A stretch of 64,000 bases of DNA. Origin: Candidatus Falkowbacteria bacterium (GTDB taxonomy: Bacteria; Patescibacteriota; Patescibacteriia; UBA11705). The translations under genes were made by a program, and so were the position numbers. How positions within the stretch are numbered: position 1 is the first letter of the stretch; the number at the start of each line of letters is the position of its first letter. The notes beneath the pieces are model-generated. The model ran no database searches. It was not told the DNA's origin and saw only the letters and a program-made list of their open reading frames with translations. This document shows, piece by piece, positions 1 through 8,868 of the stretch. The stretch spans positions 6,073 to 70,072 of the forward strand of contig DOZJ01000004.1 of NCBI GenBank assembly GCA_003518055.1, written 5' to 3'.

Positions 1-1311
1 GCTCAAACTCTGGCTGATCTAAAGCTACCACCAAACATGATAATTGCGGGTCTGCTCCACGACATTCCGGAAGACACCAAACATACCCTGGAAGAAATCA
101 AAGAAAAATTCGGTGCCGACGTAGCGGGCATCGTCGAGGGGATTACAAAATTGAGCAACATCAAATACCGCGGGATGGATCGCTATGTGGAAAATCTACG
201 CAAAATGTTTGTCGCCATGGCCGAAGACATCCGGGTCATCATCGTCAAATTTGCCGACCGGCTACACAACTTAACCACTCTTTACGCCCTGCCGGCCAAC
301 AAACAACGACGCATTGCTCTTGAAACGCTCGAAATTTATGCTCCGATCGCCAACCGTCTCGGTATTGGAGAACTCCAAGCTCAACTCGAGGATACGGCCT
401 TCAAATATGCCTACCCGGAAGAATATAGTTGGATTGAACAATTAATCAAACAAAACACCCCCGGAAAAAAGAAAACTCTGGATCTGATGATCAAACAATT
501 ATCCGATCAGTTGGGTTTAGAAAAAATCACCTGCGTGGAGATTTACGGCCGGTCAAAACATTATTACAGCCTTTACCGCAAATTACTGCGCTTCAATCGT
601 GATATTAGTAAAATTTATGATCTGGTCGCAATCCGCGTTATTCTCAAAAACATCGCCGACTGCTATGCCGCCCTTGGCATAATTCACAGTTTGTGGAAAC
701 CGGTCAAGGGCCGAATCAAAGATTATATTGCCCAGCCCAAACCGAACGGCTACCAATCTCTTCACACCACCGTCTTCGGCGCCAACCAAGAAATCGTTGA
801 ATTCCAGCTTCGCAGTCAAACCATGCACGAACAAGCTGATTTCGGCATTGCCGCTCACTGGAATTACAAAGAATCAGTGCAAAAAAAATCGGAAAAAAGC
901 AAAAAAGAAGTGGCTTGGGTGCAGGATTTGGCTCGGTGGCTCAAAGAAGTCCGTGACAATGAAAATTTTCTCGAGGGGGCGAAAATCGATGTTTTCCAAA
1001 ATCGTATTTTTGTCTTCACGCCTCAAGGCGACGTCATCGATCTTCCGGACGGAGCCACACCGGTAGATTTTGCTTATCATATTCATACTGACATTGGCAA
1101 CAAAACCGAACGAGCCATTGTCAACAATACATTGATCAGTTTGGATACCAAATTAAAAAACGGCGACGTGGTCGAAATTATCACCGACAAAAACCGCAAG
1201 GGCCCCAATCCCGAGTGGCTCAAATTTGTCAAAACCAGAACCGCAAGACAGCACATTGCCATCCACAAAAATCAAAGCTGGAGAAATCTTATCTCAAAAT
1301 TTAAAAAATAA
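1..1311 (+). CDS. GTP pyrophosphokinase / (p)ppGpp synthetase-hydrolase (RelA/SpoT family). The N-terminus lies upstream of the window.
   Basis: The reading frame is open from position 1. HD motif LLHDIPEDT; synthetase region RSKHYYSLYRKL...DLVAIRVI; TGS-like FVFTPQGDVIDLPDGATPVDFAYHIHTDIGN. Confidence 0.85.
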   Translation, partial: AQTLADLKLPPNMIIAGLLHDIPEDTKHTLEEIKEKFGADVAGIVEGITKLSNIKYRGMDRYVENLRKMFVAMAEDIRVIIVKFADRLHNLTTLYALPANKQRRIALETLEIYAPIANRLGIGELQAQLEDTAFKYAYPEEYSWIEQLIKQNTPGKKKTLDLMIKQLSDQLGLEKITCVEIYGRSKHYYSLYRKLLRFNRDISKIYDLVAIRVILKNIADCYAALGIIHSLWKPVKGRIKDYIAQPKPNGYQSLHTTVFGANQEIVEFQLRSQTMHEQADFGIAAHWNYKESVQKKSEKSKKEVAWVQDLARWLKEVRDNENFLEGAKIDVFQNRIFVFTPQGDVIDLPDGATPVDFAYHIHTDIGNKTERAIVNNTLISLDTKLKNGDVVEIITDKNRKGPNPEWLKFVKTRTARQHIAIHKNQSWRNLISKFKK

Positions 1312-1313
1312 AT

Positions 1314-2108
1314 ATGCCAAAAACACCCATCTGGTTTCTTTTATCCATAGCCATTTTATTATTGCTGAACCCAACCGAAACTCAGGCTGTAGCCACCCCG
1401 ACCGGCCAATCTTGCACCGCCACATCTGAATGCGATATCACTGACTATTGTTCTTCAGCTCCAAATTCAGTCTGTACGACCAAACTCGCCACCGGATCTT
1501 CTACTCCCTGTCTGAATAATGACATGTGCCAATCAAATTACTGCGATACCTCTGGCATTTTTGATCGCTGCGAAGTCAATCCGAATCCTCCGGCCCCCAC
1601 CCCTGCCGCCTGTACCAGCAGCGCTGACTGCGGCCTCAATCAATACTGCAACACTGCTACCCCGCGCGCCTGCACCGCCCAATTAAATGACAATGCCATT
1701 GGTTGTACTAGCCTTGATATGTGCCAAAGCGGCAACTGCAATCTTACCAACAGCACTTGCGAACCGGCAGCCGGAACACCTGACGTTATCCCAGCCGGTT
1801 CAAGCGGACTGACGCCGAGCGGTAATACTGCCCCCACAACCGTCACCACCCTGCCGAATCCGCTTCGAACCACTTCCATCAATCTGGTTATAGGCCGAAT
1901 CATCCGCTTTGTGATCGGCCTCTCCGGCGCGCTAGCTCTCGTTGTCTTTATCTATGGCGGTTTTCAATGGATTTTTTCTCAGGGCAAATCAGCCAACGTT
2001 GAAAAAGGCAAAAAAGCGATAACCTATTCAATTATCGGTTTGGTAATTATTTTCACCAGTTATATTGTCCTGAAATTCATCACCTCTGCTCTGACCAGTT
2101 TTACCTAA
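1314..2108 (+). CDS. Secreted Cys-rich repeat protein with a C-terminal two-helix membrane module (VirB2/TrbC pilin-like hairpin).
   Basis: Signal peptide MPKTPIWFLLSIAILLLLNPTETQA. Four repeats of C-x3-6-C-x-S/T-x2-C, for example CTSSADCGLNQYC and CLNNDMCQSNYC. C-terminus IGRIIRFVIGLSGALALVVFIYGG...KGKK...IIGLVIIFTSYIVL. Confidence 0.6.
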   Translation: MPKTPIWFLLSIAILLLLNPTETQAVATPTGQSCTATSECDITDYCSSAPNSVCTTKLATGSSTPCLNNDMCQSNYCDTSGIFDRCEVNPNPPAPTPAACTSSADCGLNQYCNTATPRACTAQLNDNAIGCTSLDMCQSGNCNLTNSTCEPAAGTPDVIPAGSSGLTPSGNTAPTTVTTLPNPLRTTSINLVIGRIIRFVIGLSGALALVVFIYGGFQWIFSQGKSANVEKGKKAITYSIIGLVIIFTSYIVLKFITSALTSFT

Positions 2109-2123
2109 ATTTAGACCGTAGAC

Positions 2124-2165
2124 ACACTTTACCATTGACATTATTAATTATATATGGTAAAGTGT
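2124..2165 (+). promoter_or_regulatory. A 12-bp perfect inverted repeat (acactttaccat / atggtaaagtgt) bracketing a TTGACA hexamer upstream of the SPFH gene. Candidate operator plus promoter.
   Basis: Read directly from the sequence: arms at 2124-2135 and 2154-2165, with TTGACA at 2136-2141. Confidence 0.45.
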
Positions 2166-2217
2166 TTTGTTATCTGTCCCTTGAAAAAACCGCTACCATT
2201 AACCGGGAGAGTGAACC

Positions 2218-3279
2218 ATGGAATGGTACAGCATTGCGGGCTTAATCTGTCTTGGATTAGCAATTCTCACTGTTTTGATTTATGGAATTGTTGTCACGTT
2301 CTTCGTCGTTGTAAGACGGCCAAACATTGGCTACCGATATTTTCTCGGCGAACTAACCAGGATTGCCATGCCCGGACTTCGTCTGCGCATTCCCTATCTA
2401 CATCGCATTGATCTTGAAAGTACTGAAACTCGTAAAACCGCGATTGAAATTAAAGAGAGTTTATACACTCAAGATGGTGTTCTTCTGACCGCGGATTTTG
2501 GTATCATTTGGCAAATTGCTCACCCTGCAATACACAAAGGACTAAAGGGGAACTCCCTTTATTATGGTAAAAAATTCCTTGATGCCAAAGTCAATATCGA
2601 ATCTATAATCAAAGAAATCATCATTGATATCGCCCGAACCGGTATTCATGCTTACAAATACGACGACATCAAAGCGCACAAAAAACTAATCATGAACTTC
2701 ATCCGCTATTTCATTCGTTACTTGGCCAATGAAGAAATTAATGAAAACGATAATGATGATCGATCCAGACTTGAAATGTCAGAACAACAAAGAATGGCTG
2801 ATGCAGAAACTGATGGTGTCAACGCAGCTGAACGCGACCAAATCAGACAAATTTTTCTTAAAACCAGAGTATCAATGCCCTCCGTCATTGCGAATAAATC
2901 ACTTCTTGAAGCAGCCGGCATTTATACACTTCGAGTGACAATTGATGACCTCGAGCCTGATCCCTCTGTGGTCAGAGCGCATCAGGACGTCGAAATCGCC
3001 AAAGCGCAAGTCCCGGCGGCTGAAGCCAAAGCCCAAGTGGCTTTGATCGAGGCCAATGCTCAGGCTGAAGTTCAGCGCCGTGTCGGCGCCGGTGAAGCAG
3101 ACCGCCGCAGTCTGTTGTTCAAGGCGGAAATTACCGGCCAAGCAGGACTGGAAGCTGTTCGTACTGAAAATATGCAGCACCGCAAAGCCGCAGGCGTAGG
3201 TGACTGGGCAATCGCGGCCGGTGAGCTGGCTGGCGCTCTCGCCGACAAAGTGAATGGCGCCACTAAAAAGAAAGAATAA
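2218..3279 (+). CDS. SPFH/band-7 (stomatin/prohibitin-like) membrane protein.
   Basis: N-terminal TM segment followed by an SPFH-like core. C-terminal Ala/Glu-rich coiled-coil (AKAQVPAAEAKAQVALIEANAQAEVQRR). Confidence 0.6.
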   Translation: MEWYSIAGLICLGLAILTVLIYGIVVTFFVVVRRPNIGYRYFLGELTRIAMPGLRLRIPYLHRIDLESTETRKTAIEIKESLYTQDGVLLTADFGIIWQIAHPAIHKGLKGNSLYYGKKFLDAKVNIESIIKEIIIDIARTGIHAYKYDDIKAHKKLIMNFIRYFIRYLANEEINENDNDDRSRLEMSEQQRMADAETDGVNAAERDQIRQIFLKTRVSMPSVIANKSLLEAAGIYTLRVTIDDLEPDPSVVRAHQDVEIAKAQVPAAEAKAQVALIEANAQAEVQRRVGAGEADRRSLLFKAEITGQAGLEAVRTENMQHRKAAGVGDWAIAAGELAGALADKVNGATKKKE

Positions 3280-3294
3280 CAGAAACATATCTCA

Positions 3295-3321
3295 TACCTC
3301 TCAACCCGAGGTATTTTTTTA
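3295..3321 (+). terminator. Rho-independent terminator after the SPFH gene.
   Basis: Stem tacctc/gaggta with loop tcaaccc, followed by a T7 run. Confidence 0.6.
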
Positions 3322-3391
3322 TTCTTTTTCATTAATCCAAAGCAAATATTCGCTAATTTATAACAATTTTTTACAATCATAACCGCCACCT

Positions 3392-3420
3392 TTGACACGC
3401 AGCATTTATTATGATATAAT
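3392..3420 (+). promoter_or_regulatory. Sigma-70-like promoter: TTGACA, 17-bp spacer, TATAAT.
   Basis: Exact consensus hexamers at 3392-3397 and 3415-3420. Confidence 0.55.
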
Positions 3421-3454
3421 ATAATGATACGCAAACCCACATTTGGAGGACTCC

Positions 3455-4156
3455 ATGCTCTACTTCATCCTACTCCTGCTTTTTGCCGGCGCCGCCTTCA
3501 TGTCCCTTTCCATTCACTGGGGACTGGCCGTTGGCATCAGTGTCCTTGGTATCATCGTGGTGGGCTATCTGATCCGACGAAATTCCACTACCACCCCCAC
3601 CCCGGCCGCCGCGGGCACTACCGCCGCCGCCCCGAAAAAAAAGAAAACCACAGATTCACCGCACCCGATTGTTTACGTTTTTGTCTTGCTGGTTCTCGCG
3701 CTCTTTACCTATGCCCTGATCGGCGTCGCGCCTGAACTCGCTAGCTGCGCCAATGGCTGCTTTACCGCTTGGAGCGACGCTACCATTGCCGGCACCGGCC
3801 GCCGCCCCGCCAACCAGCAGAAAAAGAACCTGCTCTGGACCGGTCAGGTCAATCCGGGCACGATCGTTGAAGCCGGCGACCTGAGCTACGACAGCGGCAA
3901 ATACAACACCTGTCTTCAAATCTACGTCAGAGAGAGCGCGGTCCAAGCTCAAATCTGGCGGCCGGGGCAGACTACGAACCGCTGGCTTACCGTGTCGGTC
4001 GGCAACGGTCTGGACGAAACCAAATCGATATACCCGAACGGCTACGAATTCTGTCTGGAAGAAAACGTCTCTGGAACGCTGCAGCTGACCGTTCCCAAAG
4101 ACGGCGTTCAAGAAACTGTCCAAGTATACGCTTACAAATCTCGAAGAAAGAGATAA
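3455..4156 (+). CDS. Hypothetical membrane protein. It has two TM segments, a Thr/Pro/Ala-rich linker and a Cys-containing extracytoplasmic domain. The gene is locally GC-rich.
   Basis: ATG at 3455 is preceded by GGAGGA; the ORF track instead uses a TTG at 3443. Hydrophobic N-terminus, TTTPTPAAAGTTAAAPKKKK linker, then a second hydrophobic helix. Confidence 0.55.
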   Translation: MLYFILLLLFAGAAFMSLSIHWGLAVGISVLGIIVVGYLIRRNSTTTPTPAAAGTTAAAPKKKKTTDSPHPIVYVFVLLVLALFTYALIGVAPELASCANGCFTAWSDATIAGTGRRPANQQKKNLLWTGQVNPGTIVEAGDLSYDSGKYNTCLQIYVRESAVQAQIWRPGQTTNRWLTVSVGNGLDETKSIYPNGYEFCLEENVSGTLQLTVPKDGVQETVQVYAYKSRRKR

Positions 4157-4162
4157 GCAAAA

Positions 4163-4193
4163 ACCGCTCGGCAACCACCGCGCGGCTTTTTTA
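4163..4193 (+). terminator. Weak hairpin plus T-run terminator.
   Basis: ccgc...gcgg stem followed by cttttttatt. Confidence 0.4.
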
Positions 4194-4264
4194 TTGTCTC
4201 AAAACTCAATTATCCAAACTTTGTAATCGCTGAGAGCTATAATTCAACCTTTAATCATCCCCGA

Positions 4265-4855
4265 CTATTCCTCCGGTGTAATCACCTTATCCCCGTAAAA
4301 ATTTATACTATTCAATAATAATTTGGCGTCTTCACTCTGATCAATCAATCTAATTTCCACGATTCGGTCATTGAGTTCAAAACCGATGACATCCATCTTG
4401 TCCGCTTCCGGCAGCCCGGTCACGGAGCGCAATAATGTACCTTCCGACCCATCAAATGTCACAGTTTCTTTTTGAATATTCTCCACCCACAAGTCCTGTT
4501 CCACCTCTTTACGGAAATAATCACCGATTGAATATCCGACATTCCAATTGACAAAGCCCTTCACAATCACCGCTCCCTTATAATCGTCTGACAATTTTTT
4601 ATTCTCGGGATAAAAAACCACTCTCCGGCCGCCTTCAATGTCGGTCGCGTCATCTTGATATGTCCAGCCCTTTGGCACGCGCAGTTCATACCTGAACAGC
4701 GGATTGGTATAAGTGCCAAAACCGCTGATCCCCTCAGTTGTTTGTTCGGGCGTCAAGTTCCACGTGACTGATTCATAATCAGATTTTTTTTCACAACCGG
4801 CCAAACTGACAGCCAAAATCGCCACCATCCCTCCGACTAAAAATTTCTTAATCAT
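4265..4855 (-). CDS. Hypothetical lipoprotein.
   Basis: Signal peptide with lipobox LAGC (MIKKFLVGGMVAILAVSLAGCEKK). Confidence 0.6.
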   Translation of the reverse strand: MIKKFLVGGMVAILAVSLAGCEKKSDYESVTWNLTPEQTTEGISGFGTYTNPLFRYELRVPKGWTYQDDATDIEGGRRVVFYPENKKLSDDYKGAVIVKGFVNWNVGYSIGDYFRKEVEQDLWVENIQKETVTFDGSEGTLLRSVTGLPEADKMDVIGFELNDRIVEIRLIDQSEDAKLLLNSINFYGDKVITPEE

Positions 4856-4858
4856 ACT

Positions 4859-5740
4859 TTAATTGGTTATTTTAAATACTATATCATTAAACTCTTCCTC
4901 CGAATAAAAGTCAATAATAATCTGGCCCCGACCGCCTTTTTTCTTAATATCAACTTTGGTTGATAGGGCATCGCGGATTTCTTCTTTTGCCGCCTCAGTC
5001 GTTGGATCAGCCTGTTCCCGTGTTTTCACCCGGCCTTTTTTATTAAACACTCGACTTTCCCGCTCCGCGTCTCGAACCGTAAAATTATAATTCAATATCT
5101 GCTCTAAGAATTTCAATTGTTCTCCTTCTGTTTCAAACCCGGCAATCACTCTGGCATGTCCGGCGGTAATTTTTCCATCAACCAAAGACTTTTGCACCGC
5201 CTCGGGCAAATTTATCACCCGTAACGTATTTGCGATTGACGATCTGGATTTCCCGACCCGATCCGATACCTCCTCTTGAGTCAGGTTGAATTCATCCATG
5301 AGTTTTTGGTAAGCCAACGCCTCTTCTATCGGATTCAAATTTTGTCGCTGAACATTTTCAATCAACGCTAACTCCAACTTTTGCTGTTCATCCGCTTCTC
5401 GGACAATGCAGGGTACGGTCTTTAGCCCTGCAATCTTGGATGATCGTAACCGCCGTTCACCCGCGATCAATTCATAGTGATCTCCCTGCCTGGTCACAAT
5501 CAACGGCTGAATCACCCCGTACTCTTTGATCGAGTTGATCAACTCTTCCAATTCATCATGATCAAACACCCGCCGTGGCTGCATCGGATTGACCTCAATT
5601 TTTTCAACCGGAATCTGCAATATTTTGTCCCCTTCATCAATCAATAAATCACGATGTTCTTCAGACACCACTTTTTCCGTGATCTTTTTATTTGGAATCA
5701 GGGAGCCGAGACCTCGGCCCAAACCACCAACATTTGTCAT
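4859..5740 (-). CDS. parB: Chromosome partitioning protein ParB/Spo0J.
   Basis: GLGRGLGSLIP; ParB box region LIENVQRQNLNPIEEALAYQKL; HTH. Confidence 0.9.
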   Translation of the reverse strand: MTNVGGLGRGLGSLIPNKKITEKVVSEEHRDLLIDEGDKILQIPVEKIEVNPMQPRRVFDHDELEELINSIKEYGVIQPLIVTRQGDHYELIAGERRLRSSKIAGLKTVPCIVREADEQQKLELALIENVQRQNLNPIEEALAYQKLMDEFNLTQEEVSDRVGKSRSSIANTLRVINLPEAVQKSLVDGKITAGHARVIAGFETEGEQLKFLEQILNYNFTVRDAERESRVFNKKGRVKTREQADPTTEAAKEEIRDALSTKVDIKKKGGRGQIIIDFYSEEEFNDIVFKITN

Positions 5741-5789
5741 ACAGATACTATTTTTGTTTTATTATCAGCTGTCAATTTTTTTATTTCGG

Positions 5790-6557
5790 CTACTCATTTA
5801 ACAAATCCAGCACCTCCCGAGCCAATTTGCTATAAGCCTTGGCCCCTTTGGACGTTGGATCATATTGGGAAATGGCCAAACCGTGACTCGGCGATTCTGA
5901 CAACCGCACGTTCCTCGGAATGGTTGACCGAAAAATTTTGTTGGGAAAATGCCGATACAAATCCTGCATGACTTGTCCGGACAATCTTGTCCGTTTATCA
6001 AACATGGTAATCACCGCTCCCAACACGTTAAGATTTTCTTTGATATTTTCTTTTACCAAGGATACCGTATTCAGTAATTGACCCAATCCCTCAAGCGCGT
6101 AATATTCCGCTTGAACCGGAATCAACAAATGATCCGCCGCCACCAATCCATTTATCGTGAGAATCCCAAGCGATGGCGGACAATCAATCAAAATCACGTC
6201 ATAATCGCTTTTCACTTCAAGCAAAGCGTCAGATAATCGAAACTCCCGCCGATCCACATCCACCAATTCCACATTGGCACCGGCCAAAGCCGGAGTTGAC
6301 GGCGCGATTCTATAACCATGAATCCCCGTCGGCATCACGATTTCTCGAACCATATGACTACCAATCAAGGCTTCGTATATCCCCTTGTCCAAATCTTGAT
6401 AATTAACTCCCAGTCCGGAAGAAGCATTGGCCTGAGGATCCAAATCAACCAAAAGTACATCCTTGCCATGTTCGGCCAAGTATGCCCCCAAATTTATCGC
6501 GGTTGTCGTTTTGCCCACCCCGCCCTTCTGATTGACTACACCAATAATGTGAGCCAT
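5790..6557 (-). CDS. parA: Chromosome partitioning ATPase ParA/Soj.
   Basis: Walker A GVVNQKGGVGKTTTAINLG; VLLVDLDPQANAS. I place the start at the internal ATG (MAHIIGV) because the upstream TTG used by the ORF track overlaps the -10 element of the predicted promoter. Confidence 0.85.
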   Translation of the reverse strand: MAHIIGVVNQKGGVGKTTTAINLGAYLAEHGKDVLLVDLDPQANASSGLGVNYQDLDKGIYEALIGSHMVREIVMPTGIHGYRIAPSTPALAGANVELVDVDRREFRLSDALLEVKSDYDVILIDCPPSLGILTINGLVAADHLLIPVQAEYYALEGLGQLLNTVSLVKENIKENLNVLGAVITMFDKRTRLSGQVMQDLYRHFPNKIFRSTIPRNVRLSESPSHGLAISQYDPTSKGAKAYSKLAREVLDLLNE

Positions 6558-6625
6558 ACCATTGCTAAAATTTTCAGAGGAATTTCTCCCCTTGCGATTA
6601 TTATTATCTGACAAATTATACTCCA

Positions 6626-6654
6626 ATTATACCCGACGTTTAAGCTTTTGACAA
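6626..6654 (-). promoter_or_regulatory. Promoter for parA: TTGTCA, 17-bp spacer, TATAAT on the minus strand.
   Basis: Read from the reverse complement of 6626-6654. The -10 element maps to 6631-6626 and the -35 element to 6654-6649. Confidence 0.55.
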
Positions 6655-6676
6655 TATGAAAAATATTTAGTATAAT
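6648..6676 (+). promoter_or_regulatory. Promoter for tRNA-Leu: TTGACA, 17-bp spacer, TATAAT. Its -35 element overlaps the divergent parA -35 element.
   Basis: TTGACA at 6648-6653 and TATAAT at 6671-6676. Confidence 0.55.
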
Positions 6677-6782
6677 GACCCTGCTTTTAATAAATCTTAA
6701 ACTCTAAATCATAAATTCTAAATACTCGGTAAAGTAGCATCTTAATTTAGAATTTTATGATTATTATTTAGAATTTAATTAA

Positions 6783-6869
6783 GCCGCGGTGGCGGAACTG
6801 GTAGACGCGCTGGACTCAAAATCCAGTGATGGCGACATTGTGAGAGTTCGAGTCTCTCCCGCGGCACCA
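6783..6869 (+). tRNA. tRNA-Leu (anticodon CAA), class II with a long variable arm and an encoded CCA end.
   Basis: Cloverleaf folded by hand. Acceptor gccgcgg/ccgcggc; anticodon loop ctCAAaa; variable arm of about 15 nt; 3' end ACCA. Confidence 0.85.
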
Positions 6870-7120
6870 CCTTAAAAGAAATATAAGACTAGCTCAGAGA
6901 CGAGAAGTTTACCCTGAGCGAAACGTAGTGGAGTCGAAGGGAGTCTCTCCCGCCTGCCCGCCGTAGCTTTAGCGAAGGTGGGCGGCACCACCTTAAAAGA
7001 AATATAAGACTAGCTCAGAGACGAGAAGTTTACCCTGAGCGAAACGTAGTGGAGTCGAAGGGAGTCTCTCCCGCCTGCCCGCCGTAGCTTTAGCGAAGGT
7101 GGGCGGCACCACCTTAAAAA
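6870..7120. repeat. Two complete 121-bp tandem direct repeats plus the partial start of a third. Each unit ends with a copy of the tRNA-Leu 3' end (gagtctctcccgc...ggcacca) followed by ccttaaaag.
   Basis: Exact period of 121 bp: ccttaaaaga starts at 6870 and 6991, and the truncated ccttaaaaa starts at 7112. Confidence 0.9.
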
Positions 7121-7346
7121 CAAACATTTCTTTGACCTGATTTGATCTGTTAAAATATTGGCTTTTTGCTGATATTTTTTTATTCAATAATTCTCTTACA
7201 AAACCTTTTTTCTTCTCAACGCTGCACGATTGACGGCCACAAATACATCCAAATTATTATCTTCCGCCGGCTTGACAAAAACGATAAAATAAGATAAATT
7301 TATTGATCATGTTCCTTCAAATTAAACCCCTAAACAGGAGGTTCCC

Positions 7347-7973
7347 ATGAGAATCGCCCTGCCAAAAGGCCGACTGCTTGATGGTGTTATAAAAGCCCTC
7401 CAATCTGTCGGGGTTGAATTTCACCAGCTCAATCCACGCAATTACCGGCCGGAATGCAATTGGCCCAATTTTTCAGCCAAGATGATCAAACCCAAAGCCG
7501 TCTGCCAAGGCATCGCCATGGGTAATTTTGACCTTGGATTTTGCGGCCTGGATCTCATCACCGAAGCCGGCTATGAGATGGCTGTTCCAATTCTCAACCT
7601 TGGATTGAATCCGGTAAAACTGGTTGTGGCTGTGCCTCCATGTTTCACTAACATTGTAATTAACCCGCCAAGTCGGCCAATTGTAATCGCCACAGAATAT
7701 TCCAACATCGCCAGCCGGTGGGCTTATGCTCGTAATCTGGCACATGTAATCTACTATACCGGTGGCTCCACCGAAGTTTTCCCACCCGAAGACGCCGATA
7801 TGGTTTTCGACTGTGTGGAATCCGAACGGACCATGAAAGCCAACAACCTAATTATCATTGACCGGATTATGGATAGCGCCACCTGGGTCGTAGTCAACAA
7901 GCTTGCATGGGAACGAGGAGATCAAGACCTGCATAATTTAGTCACCGCCCTCAAAGACGCCACGGAGGATTAA
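7347..7973 (+). CDS. hisG: ATP phosphoribosyltransferase, short form (HisG).
   Basis: MRIALPKGRLL; FDLGFCGLDL; C-terminus ADMVFDCVESERTMKANNL aligns to the E. coli HisG segment ADAICDLVSTGATLEANGL. Confidence 0.6.
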   Translation: MRIALPKGRLLDGVIKALQSVGVEFHQLNPRNYRPECNWPNFSAKMIKPKAVCQGIAMGNFDLGFCGLDLITEAGYEMAVPILNLGLNPVKLVVAVPPCFTNIVINPPSRPIVIATEYSNIASRWAYARNLAHVIYYTGGSTEVFPPEDADMVFDCVESERTMKANNLIIIDRIMDSATWVVVNKLAWERGDQDLHNLVTALKDATED

Positions 7974-7974
7974 A

Positions 7975-8868
7975 ATGGTTAATATCGAAACTTTGACCAT
8001 GGCTGAATTCAAATCTCTGCCTCTGGTCATCGAAGGCGAGAGTAAAGAAGTCCGCTACGCCGGCCACGGAATGGTGGTTATCCGATTCAAGCCGACCATT
8101 TATAGTTTTACCCACAATCGCTGCGGCGAAGTCCCCGGTTCGGAAATTCTGCGTCTTCGCGCCTCCAAACTTTTCCTGGAAGTGCTTCGACAAGCGGGTG
8201 TCAATCATGCTTACCGTGAAGTCAACGACCGCTGGGTTCTGGCCGAATTGGTAATGCCTCATGAAGTTGAATTCACCAAATACAGCCTGCCGGTATTTAT
8301 CCCTGAAGATCTGACGCAAGGACAAATCGCCGCCCTTCACCACGCTCCGCCGGTTGAAATCATCGTCAAAACATTCCATGGCGGCACCAGTGAACATCGC
8401 TACCTTCATATGCACGGTTCAATGGTTCGATCCAGTCATCCGCTTTATGCCGGAGAAATTATCAGGAATAAAGACGCCTATCCTCATTCGTTTGTGCGCT
8501 TTGACTGGCGGAATCCACTAAAAAACAACAACGGCGACCGAATTGCTGATGAAATCCTTCCCGATGAAATGGCTGATTGGTTCATCGATGTAAACCGAGC
8601 CAGACAGACTGCCAGAGATACATATCGTGTCTTGGAACAATTCCTGGCTGAGCATCAAATTGTCTGCAACGATCTCTGTTTATTTATTACTGAGGATGGC
8701 TCAACTCTTTATGGAGAAATCAGTCAGGATTGCGGCCGATTCCGACACTTTGATCTTGGTTCTCTCGACAAAGATGTCTGGCGCGCCGGCGGCTCAGCCG
8801 AAGACGTTTTAAAGAAATGGGAAATGCTGCTTGAAATTCTTACCACGCAAACAGGAGCTGAACGATGA
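7975..8868 (+). CDS. SAICAR-synthetase-fold protein (PurC-like), strongly diverged.
   Basis: N-terminus LVIEGESKEVRYAG...VVIRFKPTIYSF...GEVPGSE...LEVLRQAGV follows the PurC pattern (YxGKxKxVY, FxD..SAF, IPGKG). Alignment done by eye only. Confidence 0.4.
   Translation: MVNIETLTMAEFKSLPLVIEGESKEVRYAGHGMVVIRFKPTIYSFTHNRCGEVPGSEILRLRASKLFLEVLRQAGVNHAYREVNDRWVLAELVMPHEVEFTKYSLPVFIPEDLTQGQIAALHHAPPVEIIVKTFHGGTSEHRYLHMHGSMVRSSHPLYAGEIIRNKDAYPHSFVRFDWRNPLKNNNGDRIADEILPDEMADWFIDVNRARQTARDTYRVLEQFLAEHQIVCNDLCLFITEDGSTLYGEISQDCGRFRHFDLGSLDKDVWRAGGSAEDVLKKWEMLLEILTTQTGAER

Noticed and set aside
6558-6626. A 23-aa N-terminal extension (MEYNLSDNNNRKGRNSSENFSNG) of ParA from a TTG start.
   Set aside because: The TTG overlaps the -10 hexamer of a consensus promoter, and ParA homologs start at the Walker A proximal Met. 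It was probably created by the ORF finder.
6870-7120. The possibility that the 121-bp tandem repeats or the 14-bp repeats at 37270 form a CRISPR array.
   Set aside because: There are no unique spacers between the repeats (the units are directly tandem) and no cas genes, and the repeat lengths are atypical.
6993-7187. A 64-aa minus-strand ORF inside the 121-bp tandem repeats.
   Set aside because: It lies entirely within repeat DNA downstream of a tRNA, has no RBS and is low-complexity. I treat it as a spurious ORF.
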